Positions 8,656 through 19,469 of a stretch of DNA of 52,332 nt are shown here, piece by piece. The notes under the pieces are model-generated. The model worked only from the letters and a program-made list of their open reading frames with translations. It was not told where the DNA came from and did no database searches. Within the stretch, counting starts at the first letter, position 1; each line of letters begins with the position of its first letter. Origin of the DNA: Holosporaceae bacterium UBA3830 (GTDB lineage Bacteria; Pseudomonadota; Alphaproteobacteria; UBA3830); assembly GCA_002393025.1 (NCBI GenBank), contig DGIE01000061.1, positions 1 to 52,332 of the forward strand, in the 5' to 3' direction. The position numbers and the translations under genes are program-made.

Positions 8656-10584
8656 ATGGTGTTAAGGTTCTTGTTGATGTTTTTTATCTTGTCGGTTGCT
8701 AACGTTTTTGGAAAATCTGACGAGTTGAGAGACTTTTTCTATACAGTTGAGTTGTCTATGAAGAAAGATAGTTCAGTTTTTGATGAAGTTGCTGATTTGA
8801 TTTCTGAGTCAGAGATAAAGTCCGAGGTGAAAAAATTAACGATATTTTCTCAACAAGATAAACCTGTCAACAGTATGACAGCACTAAACGATAGATTGAA
8901 CAAGGATATGGTCACTATTAATAGGAATCTTCATCTGTTAGGATATTATAATGCAAAGGTGAAATATGACATAAAGATCGACAAAGATAATTCAGTAAGA
9001 GTTTTTATAAAAGTAGATACTCGGAACAAATTCGGTCTAAATTTTTCAATAAAATTTATCGATCAAGATAACGACTTTAACAAGTATTATTCCGAATTAT
9101 TAAAAGAAAAATTCCGATCTTTAAAAGCATCCATACCTGAAATTCGTTCAATAATTGACGGAACTTTGCATCTATTGAAAAATGTCGGTTTTTACAATCC
9201 TAAAGCAGAGAAGAAAAAAGTTTTTATAGATTATGATAACGGAATTGCTTTTTTGAATTTGGAGATTGTCTGTGGAAAGAAAGTTAAGTTTGGGGAAACT
9301 GAGATTGTCGCATTTAAAGGAATAAATGAGCAGTTTATTCGAGATCGTCTAAAATGGAATCAGGAAGATGTTTTTTGCATAGATAAGGTAAATTCCAGTA
9401 TTGAGAATTTAAAAAATACTCAGATTTTTTCCGTAGTGGGAATAGAGCCCTTGGACTTAAGCTTAAATAGCGAGTTGCTTCCTATGAAAGTAAAAGTCGA
9501 AGAAGATAAAAAGCATATGCTAGATATAAGTCTTATGTATAAAGGGGTTCGCAATATGAATTTTGAAAAAAAATCTCAAACAACAAAGGGGATAAAATCA
9601 ATGATTACAAAAGTTTCATGGACCAGACTAAATGCTTTTGGTAATGGCGAGAAACTGATTTTTAATGCTGAAGGAACTCCTATGAAAAGTTCAGATAAAC
9701 GAGTTGATTATGCATTCGAAGCAATTTTAACCCAGCCGGATGTTTTTATGAGAGATTCTTCGATGGAGTATGGAGTATCACATCGTCAAGAACTTACAAA
9801 TATTTTCTTCAAAAAAAGTGAGAGTATCAATTTCAAATATTCATTTCCTTTATCAGAGGTTTTACTGGCGAGTATCGGAATAATGCTGGAAGACAATTAT
9901 ATAGACTCTAATCCAATATTTTTTTCGAGTAAAAACTTGGCTCAAAATTTATCACATTACTACAAAGCTCAGTCGGTGCCAGTCTCATTTGTATGGGATC
10001 AGACTGATAGTTTGTTAAATCCAACTTCTGGGTTTAAATTTGAAGGAAAATGTACATTAATGAGATTATCAGGGGCGAGAGAAATTAGTGGTCTCAAATC
10101 TTATAGCCTGGCATTTTCATATAATCATCCATTGGACAGTTTGAAAAAGAATGTGTTAGCTTTTCGGTTGTGTAAAAAAGGTATTTTTTCTTCGGAGATA
10201 GATCGAATTCCCGTGGACAAGAGATTGTATGGTGGAGGTATAAATTCAGTTCGAGGATATGCAAATCAAATGGCTACAGAGATTGTAAAAGGAGCCGAAG
10301 TTACGATGGGAGGAAAATCTTTGTCGGAATTTAATATAGAATATCGACGAAAGGTTAATTCGGATTGGGGTGCGATTGTATTCTTCGATGGGGCTAAAGT
10401 TGGCAGTAATAAATCAAGATATTTTGAAATAGAAAAGCAGAGATGGTTCCTTTCATTGGGAGCTGGAATGAGGTACTATACCAGCATAGGGCCGATTCGG
10501 ATAGATTTTGCTTTTCCGCTACATAGGAGGAGGGGAATTGATTCCAAGATGCAGTTTATAATGGGATTGGGGCAGTCGTTTTGA
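8656..10584 (+). CDS. tamA: Omp85-family outer-membrane protein TamA (translocation and assembly module)
   Basis: Signal peptide MVLRFLLMFFILSVANVFG, a POTRA-like N-terminal region, the Omp85 loop-6 motif GGGINSVRGY, and a C-terminal beta-signal ending GLGQSF. At 642 aa it is shorter than BamA. A TamB/DUF490-type gene follows directly with a TTGA start/stop overlap. Confidence 0.85.
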   Translation: MVLRFLLMFFILSVANVFGKSDELRDFFYTVELSMKKDSSVFDEVADLISESEIKSEVKKLTIFSQQDKPVNSMTALNDRLNKDMVTINRNLHLLGYYNAKVKYDIKIDKDNSVRVFIKVDTRNKFGLNFSIKFIDQDNDFNKYYSELLKEKFRSLKASIPEIRSIIDGTLHLLKNVGFYNPKAEKKKVFIDYDNGIAFLNLEIVCGKKVKFGETEIVAFKGINEQFIRDRLKWNQEDVFCIDKVNSSIENLKNTQIFSVVGIEPLDLSLNSELLPMKVKVEEDKKHMLDISLMYKGVRNMNFEKKSQTTKGIKSMITKVSWTRLNAFGNGEKLIFNAEGTPMKSSDKRVDYAFEAILTQPDVFMRDSSMEYGVSHRQELTNIFFKKSESINFKYSFPLSEVLLASIGIMLEDNYIDSNPIFFSSKNLAQNLSHYYKAQSVPVSFVWDQTDSLLNPTSGFKFEGKCTLMRLSGAREISGLKSYSLAFSYNHPLDSLKKNVLAFRLCKKGIFSSEIDRIPVDKRLYGGGINSVRGYANQMATEIVKGAEVTMGGKSLSEFNIEYRRKVNSDWGAIVFFDGAKVGSNKSRYFEIEKQRWFLSLGAGMRYYTSIGPIRIDFAFPLHRRRGIDSKMQFIMGLGQSF

Positions 10585-12203
10585 GATTAAGTCGAAGGTT
10601 GGTTGAGAAGTTAAATAAGAGAAATTTGTTTAGACTACTTGCCGTTTTTTTTACTGTATTGATTTTTATACCAGTTTTAGGTTTTTTCGCTTTCTATAAT
10701 GATGTAAGTAGAAAATACATTATTGATCATGTTGTTAGTTATTTGCAAAATGAAAATTTTTTCCTGAAAATTGAGGGAGCAAATAAAAAGTTAACATATG
10801 TTGATAAGGTAACGGTAAGATTTTCAGGTAATTTGCTTGAGGCTTACAATATAAATTTTGAGAGAGATGGGTTGTTTTCAAGACCTCGTGTTCATGTAAA
10901 AAAGGTCATCTTTCGGACTGCTGAAAAAGAAAGCGGCGAAAAAGGAAAATTAAGGGAGAAATCAGGGGCAGTAAAGAAGATAGTTTCCGATAAAGGATTC
11001 GATCAGAAAAAAAGTATTGAATCCGAAAGATTAGGGAATGATTCAGGGTTTGATTTTGGTACGACGCTGTCCTACGTGAGGAAAGTTAAGCTTTTTGTCG
11101 AAAGTTTAAAAATTACTGAAGCGTTAATTTCTTTGAAGGATCGTGATCTCAAATATGAACACTTGTCGTATCATTCAGAAAGTGACAAAGATTTCTTTTC
11201 CATGAAAATGGATAGATCCCAAGTTGATTTTGTATTGGACGGGAGTGATTCGGGAACCGTAAAAGGAACCTTTCGAAATATTGAGGGGTTTTCAGGAAAT
11301 TTGTTTATGAATTTGTTGGAGAGTAGTACACCGAAATATGAGGTCAACGTAGAGAAATCAGAATACAAAGTCAGTGCTAAAGGAGCTTTTGCGGATCAAA
11401 TGAATACCTTAGTTATTTCGCAAGGACAGCTTCAGTTTTATGATAAGAATTTGAATTTTCAAGGAAAGGTTTTCCTAAACAAAGGCAAGGCTAGTTTGTC
11501 TACATTACTGTCTTTAAGTAATTTTGTTGATATAAGTAAAATTCCTACGGAAATTACTAAGAATTTCCAAGAAATACTGACAAATATTAATATTGAAGCC
11601 AAAGAAGGTGGGGTCAGAGCACGAATTGAATTTAAAAAAGAGAATCGTAGACTGGGAAATAGTGAAATAGTCATGCAAGGAAAAAATTTGGCTATAAAAT
11701 CAGATGTTTCTTGGATCAATTTTTGGGGATATAGGTTAAAAACTTTCGATGTTCACAGTGGTAATTTAAAAAATTTTAGCTTAGATCTCATGGGAACGGA
11801 CATTTTGGGCGAAAATATAAAAATTGGTTCCGAGTTGGTTTACGATAAAAATATTAGTATTCGAAAGTTAACTTGTGATTTAAAGAAGGGAAAAATTACT
11901 TTGGTCAAACCCTTGGTTTTGAGTAAGCAGAATTTAGATACTTCGTTTAAGTTTGACTTTCGAAGTTTGGGATTTCTGAGAAAGTATTTTAAGGTTAAGG
12001 GAAGTGTAGCAGGAGATTTGTTCTTAAAAGATGGATTACCGGGTATAGATGCAAAAATTAATCGTATCATTAATGAAAATTATGAGATATACAATGGTAA
12101 GGTCTCTGGTGATTTAAATAATTTGGAAATTGGTATTGGAAGCGCAAAGGTCGTAGGCAATATTCTGAAAAATGTAATACTAAAAAAAAAAGTAACGCGC
12201 TGA
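10581..12203 (+). CDS. tamB: TamB, N-terminal part, interrupted at an A10 tract
   Basis: N-terminal membrane anchor LFRLLAVFFTVLIFIPVLGFFAF followed by long beta-rich sequence. The ORF stops 10 nt after A10 (12182-12191). Frame +2 stays open across the stop into ORF 12242. Confidence 0.8.
   Translation: MRLSRRLVEKLNKRNLFRLLAVFFTVLIFIPVLGFFAFYNDVSRKYIIDHVVSYLQNENFFLKIEGANKKLTYVDKVTVRFSGNLLEAYNINFERDGLFSRPRVHVKKVIFRTAEKESGEKGKLREKSGAVKKIVSDKGFDQKKSIESERLGNDSGFDFGTTLSYVRKVKLFVESLKITEALISLKDRDLKYEHLSYHSESDKDFFSMKMDRSQVDFVLDGSDSGTVKGTFRNIEGFSGNLFMNLLESSTPKYEVNVEKSEYKVSAKGAFADQMNTLVISQGQLQFYDKNLNFQGKVFLNKGKASLSTLLSLSNFVDISKIPTEITKNFQEILTNINIEAKEGGVRARIEFKKENRRLGNSEIVMQGKNLAIKSDVSWINFWGYRLKTFDVHSGNLKNFSLDLMGTDILGENIKIGSELVYDKNISIRKLTCDLKKGKITLVKPLVLSKQNLDTSFKFDFRSLGFLRKYFKVKGSVAGDLFLKDGLPGIDAKINRIINENYEIYNGKVSGDLNNLEIGIGSAKVVGNILKNVILKKKVTR
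12182..12191 (+). repeat. A10 homopolymer at the tamB interruption point
   Basis: The sequence is CTA AAA AAA AAA GTA ACG CGC TGA. One extra A, or a -1 slip, gives ..LKKKSNALTLTSKLNNRSKIVLEGTFVD.., which is continuous with ORF 12242..14017. Confidence 0.9.
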
Positions 12204-12241
12204 CTTTAACATCCAAGCTGAACAATCGTTCAAAAATAGTT

Positions 12242-14017
12242 TTGGAGGGGACTTTTGTCGACAATGTCTTGCGTTTTTCGGGAAATGTAAAAAATAAAAG
12301 TGCCCGATTAGATTTAAGAAATTGCATTCTCGATTTTAAAAATCGCATATATCAAGTTGCTTTGGAGATCAATGAAAACAGTAAGTTAGGGTCGTTAAAA
12401 ATCCTCATTTCTCAGGATAAAATAGATGTAGTGGCGAAAAATTTGTCCATACAAGGTTTGGGGAAGGCCTTTGACAAAATTCTTCCGCAATGTTTTGTGA
12501 ATGGTAGTTTTAAATTAATTTCCTCTCAAGATTATTTTTCGGGAAGTGGATATTTCAAAATGGAAGAGCTTATATCTCGGAAAAGTACGATCAATATCAG
12601 TTTAAAACAAGATCAAAAAGGTTTATTTGTGCAGGGGAATCTGTTCAATACTACTGACAATTTGCGATTAGAGACTCTAATTCCGGTTCATATCAAACGC
12701 GATTTGGGTGTTATAGTAAAAAATGATGCCTTGATAAAGGTGTCGATTAACGGAAATGCTCATATAGAAAATATTTTTGAATTGCCCGATGGGGTAACAG
12801 TGAAAGGAAAGATAACTTCCAACTTGAATATCAGTGGAAGCGCCGATCACCCTTATATTAATGGTAGTGCTGAGTGTTCCGACACATCAGTGATTGTATC
12901 TGATGTAGTACTGAAGAATGGAACACTAAAACTTCTGGGGCAAGATCGCAAATTTATAGTTCACGATTCATATTTTACAGATTCTTATGGAAGGAAGGTA
13001 AAAATTAATGGTAGTGCTGTTTTGTTCTTTTCTAATATCATTCCAAATATAGATACGAATTTAAGATTGAGCTTTAATAATTTCAGATTATTTGATACGG
13101 ATTCCATGAAGGTAAATGTTTCGGGTGACGGAAATATGAGCGGTCCTTTGGATAATTTAAAATTGACCGGCAATATAAAAGTTCCATTATGTGAATTAAA
13201 GTTTTCGGAAGGTGGGGATGAGGATAAATATAAAGATATCACTGTCATGAATGATCTTTTTCTAAGTAAAACAAGAAAACAAGAAGAAGATTTCTTTCTG
13301 TATGACATAAATTTGGAAGATGCTCAAATAAAAATTATCGGCAATATTTATAATTTGGAATGTTTGGGAAATCTTCATTTGGGAACCTATAATAGAAAGG
13401 CAACTCTATCCGGAAGTGTGGATTTAAAAAAAGGCAGACTCAATCTTTTCGGTAAACGCATGATTTTTAAAAAAAGCAAAATCGAATTTTTAGAAAATTT
13501 TCCGTTTGATCCGAAAATGAAACTATCCTGTTCCAGAGATATAGATTCGATGAAAGTTGTTTTGGACGTGCACAACAATCCGGGAGAAGGAATGTCCTTG
13601 AATTTGCACTCTCATCCAAACTATACACAAGACGTGATTTTGTCTTATATGATGTTCGGGAAATCCAGTAAAGATCTGTCTGTTGGAGAAGCTGCACAGT
13701 TGGCACATGCCATTAACAGTATGAACCAAAAAGGATATATTTTTTCCATACTAAATACATTTCAGAATATTGGGTTGGTAGATAGCTTGTCATTTTCCAC
13801 AGATAATAATTCTTCTTCGTTGTACACAAATTCGCAATCGTCTTCTGATAAACTCAGCATAAGAGCAGGGAAATATTTGAGCGATAACGTATACATAAGT
13901 GTTAACCAAAAAGAAGAAGAAACAAGCTTTGATGTTGACCTATCAGTAGGTTCTCACACTTCTCTTAAAGTGAATACTTTGGGCGAGGTAGGAGTTAGCT
14001 GGAAATTCAGATATTAG
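12242..14017 (+). CDS. tamB: TamB, C-terminal part (DUF490-like end)
   Basis: The C-terminus SIRAGKYLSDNVYISVNQ...LKVNTLGEVGVSWKFRY is typical of the TamB/DUF490 terminal beta-strand region. There is no independent SD or ATG; the track start is an internal TTG. Confidence 0.8.
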   Translation: MEGTFVDNVLRFSGNVKNKSARLDLRNCILDFKNRIYQVALEINENSKLGSLKILISQDKIDVVAKNLSIQGLGKAFDKILPQCFVNGSFKLISSQDYFSGSGYFKMEELISRKSTINISLKQDQKGLFVQGNLFNTTDNLRLETLIPVHIKRDLGVIVKNDALIKVSINGNAHIENIFELPDGVTVKGKITSNLNISGSADHPYINGSAECSDTSVIVSDVVLKNGTLKLLGQDRKFIVHDSYFTDSYGRKVKINGSAVLFFSNIIPNIDTNLRLSFNNFRLFDTDSMKVNVSGDGNMSGPLDNLKLTGNIKVPLCELKFSEGGDEDKYKDITVMNDLFLSKTRKQEEDFFLYDINLEDAQIKIIGNIYNLECLGNLHLGTYNRKATLSGSVDLKKGRLNLFGKRMIFKKSKIEFLENFPFDPKMKLSCSRDIDSMKVVLDVHNNPGEGMSLNLHSHPNYTQDVILSYMMFGKSSKDLSVGEAAQLAHAINSMNQKGYIFSILNTFQNIGLVDSLSFSTDNNSSSLYTNSQSSSDKLSIRAGKYLSDNVYISVNQKEEETSFDVDLSVGSHTSLKVNTLGEVGVSWKFRY

Positions 14018-14035
14018 TCGCAAGAAGGAGTAGTC

Positions 14036-14704
14036 ATGAGAGAATTATATCATTATTCATTGGATGCGTTTGGAAGAGTCGCAAGGATTTATTTACAAGA
14101 GAAAAAACTTGAGTACCAGGAAATAGAAGAGTTTCCTTGGAACAGAAAAAAAGTGTTTTCTGAAAATCATGTTTTTTCAGATTTGCCAACCCTGATTGAG
14201 AATGACGGTACGATTTTGGAGGGATGTTATTCTATAGTGGAGTATATTGAACAAACTTACAGGTCAAATTCCTTGTTGGGCAATTCTCTGAAGGAAAAAG
14301 CTGAGGCACGCAGAATATCATCCATATTCAATGTGAATTTTTTTGCTGATGTTACGAATAATATCATTTTTGAAAAAATAATAAAAAAATATATAGACCG
14401 GTCTTCCCCGGATTCCGCGAGTATTCGCAGAGGGAACGGCAATATAAAAAAATATTTCGATTATATCAGTTGGCTCACCAATAGGAGAAATTGGTTGGCG
14501 GGGGAAGAATTTTCTTTGGCTGATATCTCTGCAGCAGCTCACATATCTTGTTTAGATTATATTGGGGCCATTCAATGGGAAGCTTATCCAGAGGTAAAAG
14601 ATTGGTACGTACGAATAAAATCCAGACCGTCTTTCCGTGATATCTTAAAGGATCGGATAGTGAATGTCGTTCCTCCTGCTTTTTATTCTGAGTTGGATTT
14701 TTAG
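14036..14704 (+). CDS. Glutathione S-transferase family protein
   Basis: GST-like N-terminal thioredoxin-fold text (LPTLIENDGTILEGCYSIVEYIEQ) and C-terminal helical domain text (FSLADISAAAHISCLDY). AAGGAG SD lies upstream. Confidence 0.75.
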   Translation: MRELYHYSLDAFGRVARIYLQEKKLEYQEIEEFPWNRKKVFSENHVFSDLPTLIENDGTILEGCYSIVEYIEQTYRSNSLLGNSLKEKAEARRISSIFNVNFFADVTNNIIFEKIIKKYIDRSSPDSASIRRGNGNIKKYFDYISWLTNRRNWLAGEEFSLADISAAAHISCLDYIGAIQWEAYPEVKDWYVRIKSRPSFRDILKDRIVNVVPPAFYSELDF

Positions 14705-14758
14705 TAACATTTTCGGATTTGAAATAATGGTTCTCGTCGTGTTCATAATTGGAATATC

Positions 14759-14787
14759 TTGAGAGTTAAGCTTTTTCCCTATATAAT
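14759..14787 (+). promoter_or_regulatory. Candidate sigma-70 promoter for yebC
   Basis: TTGAGA (14759-14764), a 17-nt spacer, then TATAAT (14782-14787), about 25 nt upstream of the ATG at 14812. Confidence 0.45.
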
Positions 14788-14811
14788 AGGCACGTTTTAG
14801 TAGAGGATTTT

Positions 14812-15552
14812 ATGTCAGGACATTCGCAGTTTAAGAATATTATGTATCGAAAAGGGGCTCAAGATGCTAAAAGAGCTAAGATTTTTTCAAAGATTTCCAG
14901 GGAGATTACCGTTGCGGTGAAAGAAGGAGGTCCTGATCCGGAAAGTAACACAAGGCTAAGATCTGCTTTGCTGAGTGCGAGATCCGAAAATATGCCGAAG
15001 GATAATATCGAAAGAGCAATAAAAAAGGCTTCCGGAGGAGATGCTGATGCTGACTATCAGAGTGTCAGGTATGAAGGATATGGTCCGGGCGGAGTTGCTA
15101 TTATTGTTGAAGGATTGACTGATAACAAGAATCGTACGGCTCCGGCAGTGCGTTCGGCTTTTTCCAAATTCGGCGGCAGTTTGGGCGAAACTAACAGTGT
15201 CAGTTTTCAATTTGATCATATCGGGTATATTTCCTATCCGCTGGCGTCAGGTTCTGAAGACGAGATGTTTGAGGTTGCGATAGAGGCTGGTGCCGAAGAT
15301 ATCGTTACAACTGATGATGGACATGAAATCATTTGCGCGATCGAGCAGCTGACAAAGGTTAGAGATGCATTAACTCAGAAATTAGGTGATCCGCTCGAAG
15401 CAAAGGTTACATGGAAACCAAAAAATACGATTTCTGTCGATGAAAGTACGGCAAAGACTTTGTTTAAGTTGATTGATATCCTGGAAGATGACGATGATGT
15501 TCAAACTGTTATCGCTAATTATGAGCTTCCTGAGGGATTTGAACTAGATTAG
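14812..15552 (+). CDS. yebC: YebC/PmpR-family transcriptional regulator
   Basis: The N-terminus [50 protein letters not shown] is the hallmark YebC signature. Length is 246 aa. Confidence 0.95.
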   Translation: MSGHSQFKNIMYRKGAQDAKRAKIFSKISREITVAVKEGGPDPESNTRLRSALLSARSENMPKDNIERAIKKASGGDADADYQSVRYEGYGPGGVAIIVEGLTDNKNRTAPAVRSAFSKFGGSLGETNSVSFQFDHIGYISYPLASGSEDEMFEVAIEAGAEDIVTTDDGHEIICAIEQLTKVRDALTQKLGDPLEAKVTWKPKNTISVDESTAKTLFKLIDILEDDDDVQTVIANYELPEGFELD

Positions 15553-15586
15553 CAGATCATATCATCTAATAAGTAGTAATAAAAAT

Positions 15587-15624
15587 GATCCGTAAGACTC
15601 TAAAGCGAGAACGGATCTTTTTTT
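15587..15624 (+). terminator. Rho-independent terminator after yebC
   Basis: GATCCGT (15587-15593) / ACGGATC (15611-15617) followed by T7 (15618-15624). Confidence 0.6.
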
Positions 15625-15637
15625 CTATTCCGCTGAC

Positions 15638-16303
15638 TTAAAAGTAAGAAGCAACTTTTTGAATTTCTTCCCTAACTATGAGAAAATCTCGCCAAAATTC
15701 CCTTTTTTGTGACGGAGATCTAAGCAAATAAGCAGGATGAAAAGTCGGCATGATTTTTGCGGAAACACCTTCTGCTGAAGTCCATCTTCCGTGGAGTCTC
15801 ATAATTCCGTCAGAAGTTTGCAGCAACGCTTTTGTGGAAGTTCCCCCCAAACACACCACAACCCTAGGATTAATCAGAGAAATATGCTTCAACACATAAG
15901 GCCTGAACAAAGCAACTTCTTGGGTATTAGGTGTTCTGTTTCCGGGAGGTCTCCACGGCAGGATATTCGTGATATAAACCTTGGTCCTATCCAACCCAAT
16001 TGCTGCTAAGACCTTATCAAGCAACTGACCACTTTGTCCTACAAACGGAAGACCTTGCTTATCTTCTTCCGCTCCTGGCGCTTCTCCCAGCAAAAGAATG
16101 TCGGCTTTTTCATTCCCCATTCCGAACACCATATTAGTCGCGCAATGTTTTATGGATATATCAACCGCAGCCATTGCCTGCTTTAGCTTCGAAAGAGAAG
16201 TAATTTGCCCGCTCGAAGGTTTCACAGAATCAGTGTTCAGAACATCCGAAACTCCCATGTCGGAAAACCATTCTAAAACCTGTGCTACTTCTCTTTTCTC
16301 CAT
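15638..16303 (-). CDS. Uracil-DNA glycosylase, family 4
   Basis: Family-4 UDG motifs [23 protein letters not shown] and HPAYLLR. Confidence 0.9.
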   Translation of the reverse strand: MEKREVAQVLEWFSDMGVSDVLNTDSVKPSSGQITSLSKLKQAMAAVDISIKHCATNMVFGMGNEKADILLLGEAPGAEEDKQGLPFVGQSGQLLDKVLAAIGLDRTKVYITNILPWRPPGNRTPNTQEVALFRPYVLKHISLINPRVVVCLGGTSTKALLQTSDGIMRLHGRWTSAEGVSAKIMPTFHPAYLLRSPSQKREFWRDFLIVREEIQKVASYF

Positions 16304-16316
16304 GCTTTTCCCGTAA

Positions 16317-17888
16317 TTATCTGCTTAAAGCCTCATCTATCAATTTAATTGTATTTTGTATCCCATATAATACAACAAAAGATCCCATACGCGGTCCTTC
16401 CTCTTGTCCCAGCAAATTTCTGTATAGACACATAAACCAGGCTCTTAAATTTTCAAATTCATAATGCTTTCCGACTTCGAAAACAACACTTTGCGCTTCC
16501 TCAGAAGTTACGTCATCAGATAGGTTTTTCAATGAATTTCTCAGCTCTTCCAGAGCATTTCTTTCCATGTCGTCGGGAACAGCATACTTTTTTGTAGGCT
16601 TCACAAAATCGCGACAGTAATTTATTGCATGCGTAACCAATCTGTCCAAGAATGGTTTGTTCTCAGGCGTAGCATCCTTGATATATTTTTGAATAAATCC
16701 CCACAGTGTCGATTTATCATCAGTATTGCACGCACTGACTAAATTCAATAACAAAGAATAAGATATAGTCTTTTCCGCTTTTGGAGGATTTCCATTATGT
16801 ATGTGCCATACAGGATTATCGACCTTTTTATTCGGAGCTTGTTTTTCAAAATTATCCAAATGTGTTACATAATCATCGATCTGTCTTGGAATCACATCGA
16901 AGTACAACCTTTTGGCACTCTTCGGAGAAGCAAACATAAAATTTGATAAACTTTCCTGCGGAGCGTAAAGCAACCATTCGTCTATACTCAACCCATTACC
17001 TTTGGATTTAGAAATTTTCTTACCTTCTCCATCCAAAAATAATTCATAGTTAAATCCAACCGGAGGATTTCCACCTAAAACTCTGCAAATTTTCGAAGAT
17101 AATTTCACAGAATCAATCAAGTCTTTTCCCGACATTTCATAGTCAACATCCAAAACAGTCCATCGAGCAGCCCAATCGACTTTCCACTGCAATTTGCAAT
17201 TTCCGTCTGTCACGGGAAGTTCAGTCAATGTTCCATCTTCATCTTTGAATACGATAGTTCCGTCATTGACTCGATATTCTTCGATGTTTACCTGTAACAC
17301 TTTGCCCGTTTTCGGAGATATCGGCAAGAAGGGACTGTAGGTTGCGGCTCTTTCTTCCCTCAAACTTGCCAACATGATGGATAGAATTTCCTCGTGATTT
17401 TGGAGCACGCGGAGAAGAATATCATTAAATTTTCCGCTTTTGTACCAATCGGTAGAGCTTTGAAATTCATAATCGAACTTGAACGAATCCAAAAATTCCA
17501 TGAGCTTATGATTGTTATGTTCTCCGAAACTGTTGTGGCATCCGAAAGGATCTGCGACATCAGTCAGAGGAAATTCCAAATACTCCTTAACCATATCCTT
17601 ATTCGGAATGTTATCCGGAACCTTTCTCAGTCCGTCGCGATCGTCGGAAAATGCAAATAATTTTGTTTTTATTCCCGTAAGACATTCAAAAGCATGTCGA
17701 ACGAATGTTGTTCTGGCAACTTCGCCGAAAGTTCCGATGTGCGGAAGACCGGAAGGACCGTAACCTGTTTCAAATAATGCGTATCCTTTTTTCTTTATGC
17801 TTTCACGTTTCAGTAACTTTCGAGCTTCTTCAAAAGGCCACGACTTAGCGTTTTCATAAACATCATCCTCGAAAGTTTTTTCAATCAT
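16317..17888 (-). CDS. lysK: Lysine--tRNA ligase, class I
   Basis: Class I LysRS signature: GYGPSGLPHIGTFGEVARTT (HIGH-type) and KISKSKGNG (KMSKS-type). Length is 523 aa. Confidence 0.93.
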   Translation of the reverse strand: MIEKTFEDDVYENAKSWPFEEARKLLKRESIKKKGYALFETGYGPSGLPHIGTFGEVARTTFVRHAFECLTGIKTKLFAFSDDRDGLRKVPDNIPNKDMVKEYLEFPLTDVADPFGCHNSFGEHNNHKLMEFLDSFKFDYEFQSSTDWYKSGKFNDILLRVLQNHEEILSIMLASLREERAATYSPFLPISPKTGKVLQVNIEEYRVNDGTIVFKDEDGTLTELPVTDGNCKLQWKVDWAARWTVLDVDYEMSGKDLIDSVKLSSKICRVLGGNPPVGFNYELFLDGEGKKISKSKGNGLSIDEWLLYAPQESLSNFMFASPKSAKRLYFDVIPRQIDDYVTHLDNFEKQAPNKKVDNPVWHIHNGNPPKAEKTISYSLLLNLVSACNTDDKSTLWGFIQKYIKDATPENKPFLDRLVTHAINYCRDFVKPTKKYAVPDDMERNALEELRNSLKNLSDDVTSEEAQSVVFEVGKHYEFENLRAWFMCLYRNLLGQEEGPRMGSFVVLYGIQNTIKLIDEALSR

Positions 17889-17927
17889 TTTTTATCCTTT
17901 AAAACAAACGAGGTCATTATAAAACGA

Positions 17928-19445
17928 TTATTTTACAAGGTCTATAGTTTTTACGATCTCAGATATCGACGGAATTTCTGATAGAAGTATTCCGGATTTA
18001 GCTTTCGGACCGTATATGATAGTAAAAGGAATTCCTGATCTAGAATGTTGACGAATAAAATTCATTACTACGTCGTTTTTCTTAGTAATGTCGATTTCGA
18101 TGAATTTTATGTGATGTTGTTTTATTTTGGATCGCACCTGATTTGATTCGAATTTTAGTTTGTTATATTTGCAGGATAAACACCAGTCTGCGGTAATATT
18201 CAAGATGACGATATTGTTTTGTTCAACGAATCTCGAAACTTTTGAAAATTTATCAATTTGTTTTATTTCTGTTTCTTTGGGTGGAATGTTTATGAAAATT
18301 GCGAAAATTAATAAGAGAACAGCGGTTTTGTTATAACTTTTTCTGAATAAAGCGGATGATATTAAAAGTATGATGCAGATAAATGTCATTTCCAGCGGAG
18401 AAATATTGTTCATTAGTATCCATATTAACCAGACGAAGATAATCAGAACTCCGCAGTTTATAATCTTGTTAAATAGTGTTTTCCTAAATAACTTTTCGAA
18501 AGAAAATTTGGAAAATAATATGAGGAAATAGGGAAAAGAAAATCCTGTAGCTATAGCTATAAAAATAAAGAACATTTCCGGAACGGATTCCTGAACAGCA
18601 AATGTTGCGGCTGTTCCCAATAACGGAGCAGTGCACGGAATGGCTAGCAAGGTTGTGATTATACTGTAAACAATGTCGCGAATAAATTTGGCTCCGTGTT
18701 TGTTTAAAAAAGGCCAATCTTTTTCCAAAAATTTAAGGTTTTCTGTGTTCAGATTCCAATAAAAGTGAATCTTATCAGATGAAATTAGACCAAGAACAAA
18801 GAAAAAAAACACCGTAAATTTCAGAAAATATACATTCTGAAAATGCATTCCCCAGCCGATGGTTTCTCCGGATAACTTTAACACAGACAAAATGCCTGCC
18901 AACAACAAAAAACTCAAATAATTTCCGACAATCGAATTAATTATGGTTTCGCGTGAATTCATATGTTTTATTTTTAAAAGGATTACCGGCAATACACAGG
19001 GCATAACATTAAGAAGTAACCCGCCGATAAATCCGAATACGAGCATGATGATAAAAAATTGCACAGAGGTTGTTTTTGAGGAAACATCAGGAGTGAATAT
19101 AAAATCTTTGCTTACAACGGAACAAATATCTTTACAGACGAACAAATCGAATTTCAATACATCTCTTTGATCCTTATCTAATTTACATTTTGTTTCGTAT
19201 TTATTTTCCGAAATTTTCTTAAAATTTTCTTGATAATTAAAAGAGAGTGAATTATATTTTGACTCAATTTCGGGAGCTTTGGCTAATTTCCATGTATTCG
19301 GCAAACTAATTTCAAAAGTAGCAACACCCTTGGTAGACAAATTCCTCAACTTAAGGGATATATCTTCCGATTCTAAGGCACATGTTAAAAAGTTTACAAA
19401 AAAAGTTAAGGCAAAAACAAAAAAAGCACGTAAAAAATATTTCAT
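17928..19445 (-). CDS. dsbD: Thiol:disulfide interchange protein DsbD-like
   Basis: Signal peptide, an N-terminal domain with CKDIC, a CcdA/DsbD-type membrane core with MPCVLP and IPCTAP, and a C-terminal thioredoxin domain with ADWCLSCK. Confidence 0.85.
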   Translation of the reverse strand: MKYFLRAFFVFALTFFVNFLTCALESEDISLKLRNLSTKGVATFEISLPNTWKLAKAPEIESKYNSLSFNYQENFKKISENKYETKCKLDKDQRDVLKFDLFVCKDICSVVSKDFIFTPDVSSKTTSVQFFIIMLVFGFIGGLLLNVMPCVLPVILLKIKHMNSRETIINSIVGNYLSFLLLAGILSVLKLSGETIGWGMHFQNVYFLKFTVFFFFVLGLISSDKIHFYWNLNTENLKFLEKDWPFLNKHGAKFIRDIVYSIITTLLAIPCTAPLLGTAATFAVQESVPEMFFIFIAIATGFSFPYFLILFSKFSFEKLFRKTLFNKIINCGVLIIFVWLIWILMNNISPLEMTFICIILLISSALFRKSYNKTAVLLLIFAIFINIPPKETEIKQIDKFSKVSRFVEQNNIVILNITADWCLSCKYNKLKFESNQVRSKIKQHHIKFIEIDITKKNDVVMNFIRQHSRSGIPFTIIYGPKAKSGILLSEIPSISEIVKTIDLVK

Positions 19446-19469
19446 TTTAGTAAAAAATTAACTCTCGCA

